A DNA stretch of 64,000 bases, taken from Gemmatimonadaceae bacterium. Its GTDB lineage: Bacteria; Gemmatimonadota; Gemmatimonadetes; Gemmatimonadales; Gemmatimonadaceae. A program made the position numbers and the translations under genes. The stretch spans positions 928,001 through 992,000 of the forward strand of contig JBJMOW010000005.1 in the NCBI GenBank assembly GCA_045803545.1, in the 5' to 3' direction. Shown one piece after another: positions 18,160-28,090 of this stretch. How positions within the stretch are numbered: the first letter of the stretch is position 1; each line of letters starts with the position of its first letter. The notes beneath the pieces are model-generated. The model ran no database searches, was not told the DNA's origin, and saw nothing but the letters and a program-made list of their open reading frames with translations.

Positions 18160-20859
18160 CTACTTGTTGCCGTTCTGGTGGCCGTTCTTGCGATCGAGGA
18201 CCTCTCTCACTTTCCGCAGCAGCGCGTCCCCAGAGAATGGTTTCTGGAGGTAATCGACACCCGCCGACATCACGCCGTGCCGGACGATTGCATCGTCCGT
18301 GTAGCCCGACATGAACAGCACCTTGGAGTCTTTGCGGAGCGATGCGAACTCCTCACTCAGTTTGCGACCGCTCATCTCCGGCATCACAACGTCGGTGAGC
18401 AGCAGATGAATCCGCGCCGATCGCTTGCGCGCGATCTCCAGCGCCGTTCTCCCATTGGGTGCCTCGAGCACGGTGTAGCCCGCTTTCTCGAGTATGTGTC
18501 GGGCAGTCGTGCGCACGGCCGGTGAGTCTTCCGCCAACACGATTACTTCGGTACCATGGCGCACTTCGGGCAACAGTTGCAGCTCTCTCGTTGCCACATT
18601 CTCCTCAGCTAGGGGGAGGTAGATCTTGAAAGTTGTGCCCTTCCCGACCTCGCTGTAAACCCAGATGAAGCCGCCGCTCGATTTAACTGCACCGTAGACC
18701 ATTGCCAGTCCGAGCCCGGTACCCTTGCCGACTGCTTTGGTGGTATAGAACGGTTCGAATATTCGCGCCTGGGTCGCCTCGTCCATCCCGCTGCCGTTGT
18801 CGGTGACAGAAAGCACCGCGTAATGACCAGGTGTCACCGACCAGTGCGTCGTCGCATACGCTTCGTCGACGTCGGCTGTCTGGGACTCGATGGTGAGCTT
18901 GCCGCCCGACGGCATCGCGTCGCGCGCGTTCACCACCAGGTTGACGATCACCTGCTCGAGCTGAGACCGATCGATCTTCACGACCGGATTCGCCTTCGTC
19001 AGCACCGTCGTCAGCTCCATGTCCTCGCCGATCAAACGCTTTAGAATTTTCTCCGCGCTCGCCACAACGTCGTTCAATTCCAGCAGTCGGGGCTGGATCA
19101 TCTCCTGTCGGCTGAACGACAGCAGCTGCTGCGTCAGCGAGGCGGCGGCCACCGATGCCTGTTTGATCTGCTGCAGATCTTCGCGTTGCGAAGTGTTTTC
19201 CTTGACCTCGTCGAGCAGCAGGTCGGTGCAGCTCATGATAACGGTGAGGAGATTATTGAAGTCGTGCGCGATGCCGCCGGCGAGTCGGCCGACCGCGTCC
19301 ATCTTCTGCGCCTGGCGGAACTGCTCCTCGAGCGACCGCTTCTCCGTGACATCGCGGAAGGCGCTGATGCGACCTGGTCGTCCGTCGATGTTATGGATCT
19401 TGGTCATTCCCTCGAGAATCAGCTTGCGTCCGCTCTTGTGCTTGCCGACGAACTCGTACATCCCCTCGTCCTTCGTCTTCGCTCGCTGGTTCATCGCCGG
19501 CAGCGATTCGTCCGCGACGAAGTTGCTGACCGGGCGACCGATCACCTCATCGAGGTTGTAGCCAAAGATCTGAGCGAACCCGCGATTGGCTTCGCGCACG
19601 ACGTCATCGACCACGACATCGATGCCATCGAAGGAAGCCTCGGTGATTTTGCGATAGCGTGCTTCGCTTTCCTCGACGGCCGCCAGCTGATCCTGGAGCG
19701 CGTGCTGCGCGATGGCAACCCGATTGGCCATCATCTCAAAGGCACGACTGAGCTGCCCGAGCTCGTCGGTGCGAGGCATCTCGACTGGTCTGGAGTAGTC
19801 ACCTTCGGTGATTGCGATTGCCGCTTCACGCAGATCGCTCAGCGGTCTGGTGATGTTGCGACTCAGCCTCCAGAGACCAAACGCGCCGATCGCGAGCAGC
19901 ACAGCGGTGAAAATCGTTGCGTCACGCAGAAAAGCATCAGCGGGTGCCAGTACCTCGTGGCGCGGCAGCTCGACGAGCAACACCCACGGCGTGCCCTTGA
20001 TGGCTTGTTCCCGCCCGTATTTCTCGCCGCCGCCATTGCCCTTGCGGATGTATTCGGTGATTGCACCCGCCTTTGATGGAGCGTGCGGCGGGCCTGCGGT
20101 ATGCGTCCAGAAGTCCGACCACACATCGCGAATGTTGTTGGTCATGAAGACGCCGGATCCCTGGCCAATCAATTCCGCGATTGCGCGCGCGCCCCTTGGC
20201 GAGTCAGATAGCTTGCCGCGCTCGACTATGTAGCCCAGCAACCTTGTCGATTGTGTCACCGGCGCGATGACGACGAATACAGGAGTGTCGGCGACCAGGT
20301 GAACGCGTCCGACAATTCCGGAGTCTTGCGCTGGATTTATGCGCAGCAGCTCGCTCTTGATGTCGGGCGGAACGACGGATCGCGAAGGTGGCGACGAGAT
20401 TACCGTCTGGCCCCGGGCATCCCAGAGCTGGAGGTCGACAATCTGCTTGGATCTCGCTGTGATCGAATCGAGAGTGGCGGCCGCACGGGCATGGTTGGCC
20501 GAAGTACGCGCGAGCAGAAACGCGCCGAGCTCGGGTCGCTGGCCTTCGCGACGCAGCGCACCGCCCATGCGCGTGGCACTGGTCGCAAGCATATCGGCGA
20601 TCTGGTCAGTCGCGCGCTTCAGGCGTTCGTTGGCAGCGTTGACGGCAGAGCGTCGCACCTGGGCGTAGGCGAATCCCATCGCCGCAATGACAGCTGCAGC
20701 GAGCAGTGCGGTCATCGAGAGGGGCAGTCGCAATTGGATCGATTGGAACGTTGCGACGTGCGCGACTGCCGGCTCGATTTCTCGTTTCTGCGGCGCTCTG
20801 GCGAGGGCCGTTCTCGGAAGGATCGTGTTGCTCAAACGCGGTCCCGAAATAATCCCCAC
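18160..20859 (-). CDS. Hybrid sensor histidine kinase (TM-Cache-like-TM-HAMP-PAS-HisKA-HATPase-REC)
   Basis: DELGQL HAMP, GGIAHDFNNLL H-box, NLVVNARDA, GTGLGL, LLTDVVMP; exact start uncertain. Confidence 0.93.
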   Translation of the reverse strand: MGIISGPRLSNTILPRTALARAPQKREIEPAVAHVATFQSIQLRLPLSMTALLAAAVIAAMGFAYAQVRRSAVNAANERLKRATDQIADMLATSATRMGGALRREGQRPELGAFLLARTSANHARAAATLDSITARSKQIVDLQLWDARGQTVISSPPSRSVVPPDIKSELLRINPAQDSGIVGRVHLVADTPVFVVIAPVTQSTRLLGYIVERGKLSDSPRGARAIAELIGQGSGVFMTNNIRDVWSDFWTHTAGPPHAPSKAGAITEYIRKGNGGGEKYGREQAIKGTPWVLLVELPRHEVLAPADAFLRDATIFTAVLLAIGAFGLWRLSRNITRPLSDLREAAIAITEGDYSRPVEMPRTDELGQLSRAFEMMANRVAIAQHALQDQLAAVEESEARYRKITEASFDGIDVVVDDVVREANRGFAQIFGYNLDEVIGRPVSNFVADESLPAMNQRAKTKDEGMYEFVGKHKSGRKLILEGMTKIHNIDGRPGRISAFRDVTEKRSLEEQFRQAQKMDAVGRLAGGIAHDFNNLLTVIMSCTDLLLDEVKENTSQREDLQQIKQASVAAASLTQQLLSFSRQEMIQPRLLELNDVVASAEKILKRLIGEDMELTTVLTKANPVVKIDRSQLEQVIVNLVVNARDAMPSGGKLTIESQTADVDEAYATTHWSVTPGHYAVLSVTDNGSGMDEATQARIFEPFYTTKAVGKGTGLGLAMVYGAVKSSGGFIWVYSEVGKGTTFKIYLPLAEENVATRELQLLPEVRHGTEVIVLAEDSPAVRTTARHILEKAGYTVLEAPNGRTALEIARKRSARIHLLLTDVVMPEMSGRKLSEEFASLRKDSKVLFMSGYTDDAIVRHGVMSAGVDYLQKPFSGDALLRKVREVLDRKNGHQNGNK

Positions 20860-21068
20860 CCGTTTGGGGGTAAATGCGTATGCTGCTTTGGGTTACTGCA
20901 CGTGATAAGGTTCTTCGAAATGCAGACGCAAGGGTGGCCGGAGTCGCAACGAAAAGTGACACTGGATGTCGTTTTCTTATCACAGTAGTGTCGATTTCAT
21001 TTCACCTAATCAGGGTTTGTTTGTAGGCGAGGTTATGGTTCATTTACAGGAACAAATGAGCCCGGCTC

Positions 21069-21500
21069 ATGAAGCCCGAAAAACGCATGATTTATTTTGC
21101 CGGCTCGATTCGCGGAGGTCGCGACGACGCGGCGATCTACGCCGAATTGATCGAACGACTCAAGAAATTCGGTCGCGTATTGACCGAGCACATCGGCACA
21201 CCCAATCTCACCGCCGACGGTGAAGCAGCCCTGCCGCGCGCGATCCACGATCGCGATCTGGAATGGGTCCACGCGTCAGACGTCGTCGTCGCGGAAGTCA
21301 CGACCCCCAGCCTCGGCGTCGGTTACGAGATCGGCCGCGCGACTCAATGGCGGAAGCCGGTGCTCTGTCTATTCCGAACCGGTACTCAGCGGAGTCTGTC
21401 CGCTATGATCTCGGGCTGTCCGCAAGTGACAGTGCGCGAGTATGCGAAGGTCGACGACGTCGACCGAATATTGGAGGAATTTTTCGCCGGGCTGCGCTGA
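21069..21500 (+). CDS. 2'-deoxynucleoside 5'-phosphate N-hydrolase (Rcl/DNPH1-like, nucleoside deoxyribosyltransferase superfamily)
   Basis: IYFAGSIRGGRDD, IHDRDLEW, EVTTPSLGVGYEIG, LSAMI. Confidence 0.88.
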   Translation: MKPEKRMIYFAGSIRGGRDDAAIYAELIERLKKFGRVLTEHIGTPNLTADGEAALPRAIHDRDLEWVHASDVVVAEVTTPSLGVGYEIGRATQWRKPVLCLFRTGTQRSLSAMISGCPQVTVREYAKVDDVDRILEEFFAGLR

Positions 21501-22340
21501 TCAGGGATTGATCGTGAAAGAGTTGTCAGGCGTCCAGTAGCCGGCGAACGCACCGCGCGCGACGTAATCGCCGGGAAGCAGCTGGTTTCCGAACGGATAA
21601 TCGCCGATGACGAGATCGAAGACGTGTCGCTTCGTCTCCCCGGGTCCAAAAATCGTCTGCGACGGATCGATACCGAGCTCATCGAATGCGTTGGCGCCGT
21701 TCACCCCGTGCACGTCCACGGAAAAAGTCTGGTTGGCGGCACTCGCAGTCGAAGCGGGCGTGACAGTCATCCAGCGCGCTGTCTTGTTGCGAGTCAGCAC
21801 CGTGATCGAGAACCGTCCTTCGTCGATGTTGCGCGTTGGCGTGTGCGGCTCGATGTCGATCGTGACTTCGATCGAATCAACGGTCCCGTGAATCGGCGTT
21901 TGCGATGGCGTTGGGTAAGGACCGGCATCTGCGACGCAGGCGTCCTCGCAGGCAACGACGCCGGCGCACTTGCCGAGGAATTGATCGCGCGGATGACCGC
22001 CCTTCTGCCGCAGGGCGTGGAGCATCTCGTGCCGGACTGTTCCACCATCAAGCATGACCAGACTGTTGAGAACAATCTGATTGCTCCCCGGCACCCAGTA
22101 ACCCGCGATCACGTCACCGGTGTGGGTGTCGGTGACTTCTTCGCTCGTCTGGTACCAAGTGACCGCGGCCATCGAGCCGGTCAATCCGGAGCAGGCCTGG
22201 GTCATCTGCCACCACGTCGAATAGACCGGTGGCGGCGAGAATTGCTCTGCATCGTTCGGTAACCCCGGGCCCGCCGCATCGCTGCAAGCAAGAACGATCA
22301 ACTGCGCGGTTACAATCATCCCGATCGCGAACTGCTTCAA
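21501..22340 (-). CDS. Lipoprotein with HExxH (zincin-like) domain and C-terminal Ig-like domain
   Basis: Lipobox VLAC; VRHEMLHAL followed by a further His. Confidence 0.7.
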   Translation of the reverse strand: MKQFAIGMIVTAQLIVLACSDAAGPGLPNDAEQFSPPPVYSTWWQMTQACSGLTGSMAAVTWYQTSEEVTDTHTGDVIAGYWVPGSNQIVLNSLVMLDGGTVRHEMLHALRQKGGHPRDQFLGKCAGVVACEDACVADAGPYPTPSQTPIHGTVDSIEVTIDIEPHTPTRNIDEGRFSITVLTRNKTARWMTVTPASTASAANQTFSVDVHGVNGANAFDELGIDPSQTIFGPGETKRHVFDLVIGDYPFGNQLLPGDYVARGAFAGYWTPDNSFTINP

Positions 22341-22873
22341 ATCGCTCTCTCCATTCGCACCAGCGGTACATCGACATCGACCGGCAGCCGCACGCTCGTT
22401 CTTTCGACCGGCTCAAATCCGAGCGCGGAGTACAGGGGCACGCCCGGTAACGTCGCCATTAGCTCCATGCGATGGAAACCCGCCACTCGCGCCGCGCTCT
22501 CACACTCGGCGTACAGCTGCCTGCCGAGTCCACGGCGCGCAAAGTGTGGATGTACGAAGAACGCGCGGATGCGCGCCGCATCGCTCGCCGGATTCAATCG
22601 CGTATCCTCGCCCGACTTCGACTGATCACCACCGTAAAGTGTGCGGCGGAAACTCCATCCACCAGCCGCAACGGGCTCGTGGGGGCCCTCCTCGTCGGTG
22701 ATCAGATAGTAAGTACCGTCGTCGATTAGCTGGGTGTCCACGCCGAAGACGTGCACGATCAGCGCTTCGATCTGCTCGCGCGAGTAGAAGCCGGCACTAA
22801 GCTCACGCGCCGACGCAGCGATCAGCGCATTGAGTGGCTGCACGTCGGACACAATCGCGACGCGCAGCTTCAA
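22337..22873 (-). CDS. GNAT-family N-acetyltransferase
   Basis: IRAFFVHPHFARRGLG, LMATLPGVPLY; TTG start. Confidence 0.9.
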   Translation of the reverse strand: MKLRVAIVSDVQPLNALIAASARELSAGFYSREQIEALIVHVFGVDTQLIDDGTYYLITDEEGPHEPVAAGGWSFRRTLYGGDQSKSGEDTRLNPASDAARIRAFFVHPHFARRGLGRQLYAECESAARVAGFHRMELMATLPGVPLYSALGFEPVERTSVRLPVDVDVPLVRMERAI

Positions 22874-22877
22874 CGCC

Positions 22878-23669
22878 TTACTTCCCGCTGAACCAGTGCG
22901 GCGTGTTGCTCCACTTCTCGGCGATGAAGAAATCGGGAGCCAGCGGTACGTTGCCCTTCCAGTCGCTGTAGTCCTCGGCCTGGCGTACAATACCGCCTTC
23001 CATGATCGCGACGTGGGTCGCCAGCCAGCCACCGCCGACCGGCACGTACTTCTCGAGCCTGATGTCGTTCGGCTTGGCGTCGGGCGCCGGATTGAGCTTG
23101 ACCAGGAAACGAACCGGCTGCAGACGCTCGCGCTCGATCCAGAATTGCGGCGAGTCGAGGTCGGCGGGCGAATTCGCGCCGACTACGTACACCGGTGCAC
23201 CTTGCCATGAGTCTTCGCGAATCTTCGACAGGTCGAACTTCCACGACGCAAGCTGCCGCAGCGTGCTGTCGACCGGTTGATCGTAGACACCGGCGACAAA
23301 TGGCAGGAACGGATTCCCCGACCCGACTGTTCGCGCGACTTTGCCGGCGCGGACCACATAGAGCGAATCGGTCGTGTACAGCGCGCCGTTGCCCTTCGAT
23401 GGGTCGCCGAAATCGATGCGCAACCGGTCTGGCGATCTGAGCGCTTCGTACCAGGTCGTCGTATCGACAACTCCATTGGGCCGCGCTACAATCGTGCGCT
23501 GCACGAATGTCACCGTGCTCGGCCATTTGCCTGCGTAAGCGTCGTGCATACGCGTGAGCAGCTCGACTCCGTTCGCCGGTGGAGTGCGATTGATATTCGA
23601 CTGTGACGCGGTGCAGGCGCGCAGCATCACCGCCGCCGTCGGAATCCAGAGTCGGACATTTACTTTCAT
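22878..23669 (-). CDS. Hypothetical exported protein (LolA-like fold possible)
   Basis: TVTFVQRT, TTWYEAL...RLRID, YVVGA...QFWIE; signal peptide with atypical lipobox LRAC. Confidence 0.7.
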   Translation of the reverse strand: MKVNVRLWIPTAAVMLRACTASQSNINRTPPANGVELLTRMHDAYAGKWPSTVTFVQRTIVARPNGVVDTTTWYEALRSPDRLRIDFGDPSKGNGALYTTDSLYVVRAGKVARTVGSGNPFLPFVAGVYDQPVDSTLRQLASWKFDLSKIREDSWQGAPVYVVGANSPADLDSPQFWIERERLQPVRFLVKLNPAPDAKPNDIRLEKYVPVGGGWLATHVAIMEGGIVRQAEDYSDWKGNVPLAPDFFIAEKWSNTPHWFSGK

Positions 23670-23727
23670 TGATTCGCGAGCCTCGGTGACTAAAATCATA
23701 GGCTGATTTGATGCGAGGTTAATAGCT

Positions 23728-24279
23728 ACGGAACTGGTCTGGCCGCAACAGGAATACCTGGCAAGCTACGCCGACGCGCTGCGTCGCGGCTGGTCACCCG
23801 ACAATCTCCGTCTGGAAGTGAAGGACGACGAGTTGGCGGCGATCGAGCGCGACGCTGCGCTTTTTCTCGCGCGCAAAGTCGACCGGGAAGCTGCGGGTCC
23901 GCCGATCATTTTACCCGACGGGACCGTTATTCCGCGTCTGCCGGGCTACAACAGGTGGATGTGGGACGGCGAGTTCTGCGGCTCGATCGGTTTTCGCTGG
24001 AAGCCCGGAACCGACGACCTCCCGCCGTACGTGCTCGGTCACATTGGATTCTCGGTGGTGCCGTGGAAGCGCCGTCGAGGCTACGCGACCCGCGCTCTCG
24101 CCACGCTGCTGCCGGAATGCAGGAACGAAGGTCTCCACTACGTCGAGCTCACAACTGACGAGACCAACATTGCATCCCAGCACGTTATAATCGCCAATGG
24201 CGGGAAGCTGCACGAGCGATTCGTAAAGCCGCCGCAGTACGGCGGCGCACCCAGCCTGCGTTTTCGCATTTATCTCTGA
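23728..24279 (+). CDS. GNAT-family acetyltransferase with apparent ACG start
   Basis: RGWSPDN, GHIGFSVVPWKRRRGYAT, NIASQHVIIANGG; frame stays open upstream of the GTG at 23818 to ACG at 23728. Confidence 0.85.
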   Translation, partial: TELVWPQQEYLASYADALRRGWSPDNLRLEVKDDELAAIERDAALFLARKVDREAAGPPIILPDGTVIPRLPGYNRWMWDGEFCGSIGFRWKPGTDDLPPYVLGHIGFSVVPWKRRRGYATRALATLLPECRNEGLHYVELTTDETNIASQHVIIANGGKLHERFVKPPQYGGAPSLRFRIYL

Positions 24280-27269
24280 CCGAGCGACAGCGCACGGACG
24301 ATATGCGCTCTCAGCAGGCGCGTGCGCAGATCTCCAACCGCGTCTCGTCCCACCAGAGGCAGCATTGCCTCGAATGCCGCTTTCGCTCCCACTGCATCAT
24401 CGTTTTTCAAATGCGCCACAACGGTAGCGTCGCGCAGATAACCCGGCGGCACCCACCAGTCCGCCTTCCGCATCTTTTTGATCAATTGATCTCCCGCCGC
24501 CTGCACCATCGGGAAATCCCAGCCGTCGACAGCTCTCACGAAATCCACCGATTGGCGCACTCCGGCCGGCGCGTTCACGCGATTGATGAATGCGTCGACG
24601 CGGCGAAAGAAACTGCTATCGATCGATCCGGGCGAGCCGGCGTGGACGTCGCGATTGACTTCATAGAGCAGCGAAACCCAACGATGCCAGTGCGGCGGTG
24701 GCACGCTCGCCGAGATCTGGGAATCGAAGAGATTGCGTACCTGCTCGATCGCTGCGTAGTCGGCATCGTCGGTACTGGTATCGCGCGGAGACAGCCGAAG
24801 CCGAGCACTCCGCGCCCGCATCTGCAGCCGCGGGACATTTGCCAACAACTCGTCATCGCTTGCGAGTGACATGCCTCGACCAGCAAGCGCGGCGGAAATG
24901 TCGAACGGCGATGCGTTGAGATTTTCGAATCCGCTGGCGTCCGTCAGCAGATAACGCGCTCTCTCGCCGTTCAGGTCCAGGACCGGCGCGAAATCCGAGT
25001 TCGCTCGCACCCGGGAGACCAGTGGGGCGAGTGTGCTCGAGCCGGCGAGGTGCAGCGCGTCTAGCGACGCCGGCTTGAGCGATGCGACGAGCTTCAGGTC
25101 GTCGGCAAGCATTGGCCAGCCGACGACAGCCCAGTCGGGAGCAGGCACTGTAGTAGCGGTCGTCGCGATCACTACGATGTCACTGTCATCGGTCAGATAG
25201 ACATCGTAAGCGCCGAAGTTCTGCTGCAGCGCCGAGAGCATGCTCAGCACCAGAGAGTCGTTCATCTCGTAGAGGTGCATCCATTGGGCGAACACTCCGC
25301 CGTTCGCGAGATAGCCTTTGATCCGAGCGTAGAACTCAGTCGTGAACAATCCTGCCACACCGCTCACCCACGGATTGCTCGGCTCCGACACGATGAGGTC
25401 GAAGCGCCGACCCGCGCCGGCGAAGTACGATCTAGCGTCATCAATGACGAAGTGTGCGCGCTGGTCGGTGAACACGCGTTGATTCACCGGACGAAATGCG
25501 TTAGACGCCCGGATCATCTCGGGCTCGATCTCGATGGTCGACAGCTCGCGCAGGTTGGGACTGCCAAGCAGAAAGTGCGATGTCATTCCCGATCCCTGTC
25601 CGATCACCGCTGCGCTCCTCGCGTGCGGCGCGTGCGCCATCGCGATCAGCGGCAGCAGAATCTGCGTCGACACATCGTCGTGCAGAGATCGCTTCGTGGA
25701 TTGCTTCGCTGGGGAAAACCATTCAACGCCAACCGACGCGTCGGGCTTACCGTTCGTCGACAGTACGAGCGTTCCCTCAGAGGTGCGCTTCACTGTAACT
25801 GTGGCGGTGCGCCCATCCTTATAGAAGCTCGTGACGAACTCGCCCGGCGTCGGCAGTCCGCCGAATCGGTAGACGCCGCTGCCGAGCAATGTTTTGTCGA
25901 AGCGGATGGCAGACGCCCCGATCAGTACCAGCAGAGATGCAACTGCGGCGGTAGCGAGCACCGCTCTACGCGACGACGTCTCGCGCGGTATCGCGATGAA
26001 CAACAGCACCAGTCCTACTGCCACGTCGATTGCCGCACCGGCAATCAGCAAGAACTTTACGCCGAGCAGTGGGAGCAGCACGAGACCCGCCAGCACCACA
26101 CCGACAATCGAGCCGGCGGTGTTCGCCGAGTACACTTCGCCGATTGCTGCTTCGTTGGCGCCGTTGCGGTAGAGAATGCGTGTGATGAGGGGGAGCGTCA
26201 TGCCCGCGCAGAACGTCGCCGGCAGCATGATCACCAGACAGATGCCGTAACGCGCGATGGTGAATCCGGTGTAGCCGGGTGAAGTCTTTGCAAACACGTC
26301 GATGAGATCGGAGATCCAACCGAACGACGCGATGTAGAGCGGCATCGTTGCGACGGCGAGCACGCCCATCGCGCACTGCACGAATCCGAGGGCGCGTACG
26401 GGATCTTGCCAGCGGTCAGCGCGTTTGCTCACCCACAGCGCGCCGAGTGCGAGGCCGAGTATGAATGCGGAGAGCATCAGCTCGAACGAGTGCGTCGCGC
26501 TGCCCAGCACCAGCGAGAGCATCCGGATCCACGCGATCTCGTAGGCGAATGACGCGACAGCGGTTCCGAATGCTGCGCCGAGCAATAGCCATTTGCGGTT
26601 AGCGGTAGAGGAGCGCTTAGCGGTGGAGCGGTCAGTGCGTGGCAGCAACTCCTTCCATTGAACGACGAGCGCCAGCGTGATCGCAGCGGCGAAGAAGTTC
26701 AACATCGCCGCGAAGATCAACGTCCCCGGGAAATCGAATCGGCTGACGAGATAAAAGCCGGCGACCAGGACGCCGACAGCGGCACCGAAGGAGTTGGACG
26801 CGTAGAGCCACGACAGCACCGCGCCGGGCCGCGTATTCCACAGCCTGAGTATTCCAGCGCTGATCAGCGGAAAGGTTGCACCCAGCAGAATCGACTGCGG
26901 CAGAATCAGAATCGCGGCCAGCAGCCACTTGACGGTCACCTGCGCGCCTTGCGACGCGACGAGTGCAGGAAAGATCGAGTCATAGGCTGCGGCGGATACC
27001 GCGCGAAACACTGGATGGAACAGGATGCCGAGCAGGCCAATCGCGGCCTCGACGACCGCATACCATATGAGAGGATTACGGAATCGCTCGCTGTAGCGCC
27101 CAATTGCGAAGGAGCCGACGGCCATGCCGCCGAGAAAGATGGTGAGGACCAGGATCTGGGCGTACGCGCTGTGCCCGACGAGGAGCGCGAGGTATCGCGT
27201 CCAGATCGATTCGTACATGAGACCGGCCGCGCCTGAGAGGAAGAACAGCGCGTAGAGGGCGATCAGCAT
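24270..27269 (-). CDS. Fused MFS-like membrane domain / spermidine synthase-like methyltransferase
   Basis: SGAAGLMYE, many TM helices, NGKPDAS, VIGQGSGMT, DDARSY, SEPSNPW. Confidence 0.9.
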   Translation of the reverse strand: MLIALYALFFLSGAAGLMYESIWTRYLALLVGHSAYAQILVLTIFLGGMAVGSFAIGRYSERFRNPLIWYAVVEAAIGLLGILFHPVFRAVSAAAYDSIFPALVASQGAQVTVKWLLAAILILPQSILLGATFPLISAGILRLWNTRPGAVLSWLYASNSFGAAVGVLVAGFYLVSRFDFPGTLIFAAMLNFFAAAITLALVVQWKELLPRTDRSTAKRSSTANRKWLLLGAAFGTAVASFAYEIAWIRMLSLVLGSATHSFELMLSAFILGLALGALWVSKRADRWQDPVRALGFVQCAMGVLAVATMPLYIASFGWISDLIDVFAKTSPGYTGFTIARYGICLVIMLPATFCAGMTLPLITRILYRNGANEAAIGEVYSANTAGSIVGVVLAGLVLLPLLGVKFLLIAGAAIDVAVGLVLLFIAIPRETSSRRAVLATAAVASLLVLIGASAIRFDKTLLGSGVYRFGGLPTPGEFVTSFYKDGRTATVTVKRTSEGTLVLSTNGKPDASVGVEWFSPAKQSTKRSLHDDVSTQILLPLIAMAHAPHARSAAVIGQGSGMTSHFLLGSPNLRELSTIEIEPEMIRASNAFRPVNQRVFTDQRAHFVIDDARSYFAGAGRRFDLIVSEPSNPWVSGVAGLFTTEFYARIKGYLANGGVFAQWMHLYEMNDSLVLSMLSALQQNFGAYDVYLTDDSDIVVIATTATTVPAPDWAVVGWPMLADDLKLVASLKPASLDALHLAGSSTLAPLVSRVRANSDFAPVLDLNGERARYLLTDASGFENLNASPFDISAALAGRGMSLASDDELLANVPRLQMRARSARLRLSPRDTSTDDADYAAIEQVRNLFDSQISASVPPPHWHRWVSLLYEVNRDVHAGSPGSIDSSFFRRVDAFINRVNAPAGVRQSVDFVRAVDGWDFPMVQAAGDQLIKKMRKADWWVPPGYLRDATVVAHLKNDDAVGAKAAFEAMLPLVGRDAVGDLRTRLLRAHIVRALSLGQR

Positions 27270-27320
27270 CGCCGAGAGAGAGTGCGATCGATCGCCTCTC
27301 TCTGCAACCCCTCTGGTTGG

Positions 27321-27695
27321 TTAGTCGGGCTTCGGGAAGAACAGCTCGTTGCCGTCAGGATCTTCGACGACGAGCGTGTCATATCCCCACCAGGTCTCTT
27401 TGGTCGGGACCGAACGCTCGGCGAGCTCCCGTCGCAGATCGGCGAGGCCGTCAGCGGTCAGCTCGACGAAGAGCCGGGCTTTGTCGGTATGCCGGCCGTC
27501 TTCGCAGAGGATGATCTCGCACTCTCCGCGATCTACCTGGCAGACCTTTCCCGCGCCGTCGCCCGCGTGCCAGCGCTTCTCGAAGCCGAGCATGTCGATG
27601 TAGAAGCGCAGCGCGCGGTCCACATCGCCGACGAAGAGGACGGGACGAACGTACCAACGATGAATCGTCTGGCTACTTGCGGCTTGCTCCGACAT
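27321..27695 (-). CDS. VOC / glyoxalase / bleomycin-resistance family protein
   Basis: PVLFVGDVDRALRFY...LGF and WWG...EDPDGNEL. Confidence 0.9.
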   Translation of the reverse strand: MSEQAASSQTIHRWYVRPVLFVGDVDRALRFYIDMLGFEKRWHAGDGAGKVCQVDRGECEIILCEDGRHTDKARLFVELTADGLADLRRELAERSVPTKETWWGYDTLVVEDPDGNELFFPKPD

Positions 27696-28089
27696 TCTGG
27701 CTCCTGATCCGCCCGCCGTCTAAGTATGGTATGCGCGGAGCGCCCGGCAAGGCCGCTCGCTGCAAAGCCTTCCGTTCGGGAAACGTGATCAAGACCTGTT
27801 GCCTTTGGCCCGGGCGCTCGCCGTATTCGATGAAAAACCCGATGATTACGCCAACGGCTGCTCCGACGACGAGACCGGTAAACTCTGCGCGTGTTCCATC
27901 GCAGCCGCCCTCGATTTCACAGTTCATTGACACATACAGGACCCCAAGTCCCGTCCCAACAGCGGCGCCAATTACTCCTGCGATGGCAATTGGCTTCACG
28001 TGATCACCGTCACTGCGCTCAGATGTCTGTGCGCCCGCACTACTGGCGAGGCCAACAGCGAGCAACACCTTGAGAGTCGAAGTCATCAT
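27673..28089 (-). CDS. Hypothetical membrane protein (glycine-zipper-like helices)
   Basis: Signal peptide plus two Gly-rich TM helices flanking a Cys pair. Confidence 0.55.
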   Translation of the reverse strand: MMTSTLKVLLAVGLASSAGAQTSERSDGDHVKPIAIAGVIGAAVGTGLGVLYVSMNCEIEGGCDGTRAEFTGLVVGAAVGVIIGFFIEYGERPGQRQQVLITFPERKALQRAALPGAPRIPYLDGGRIRSQNVGASRK

Positions 28090-28090
28090 T

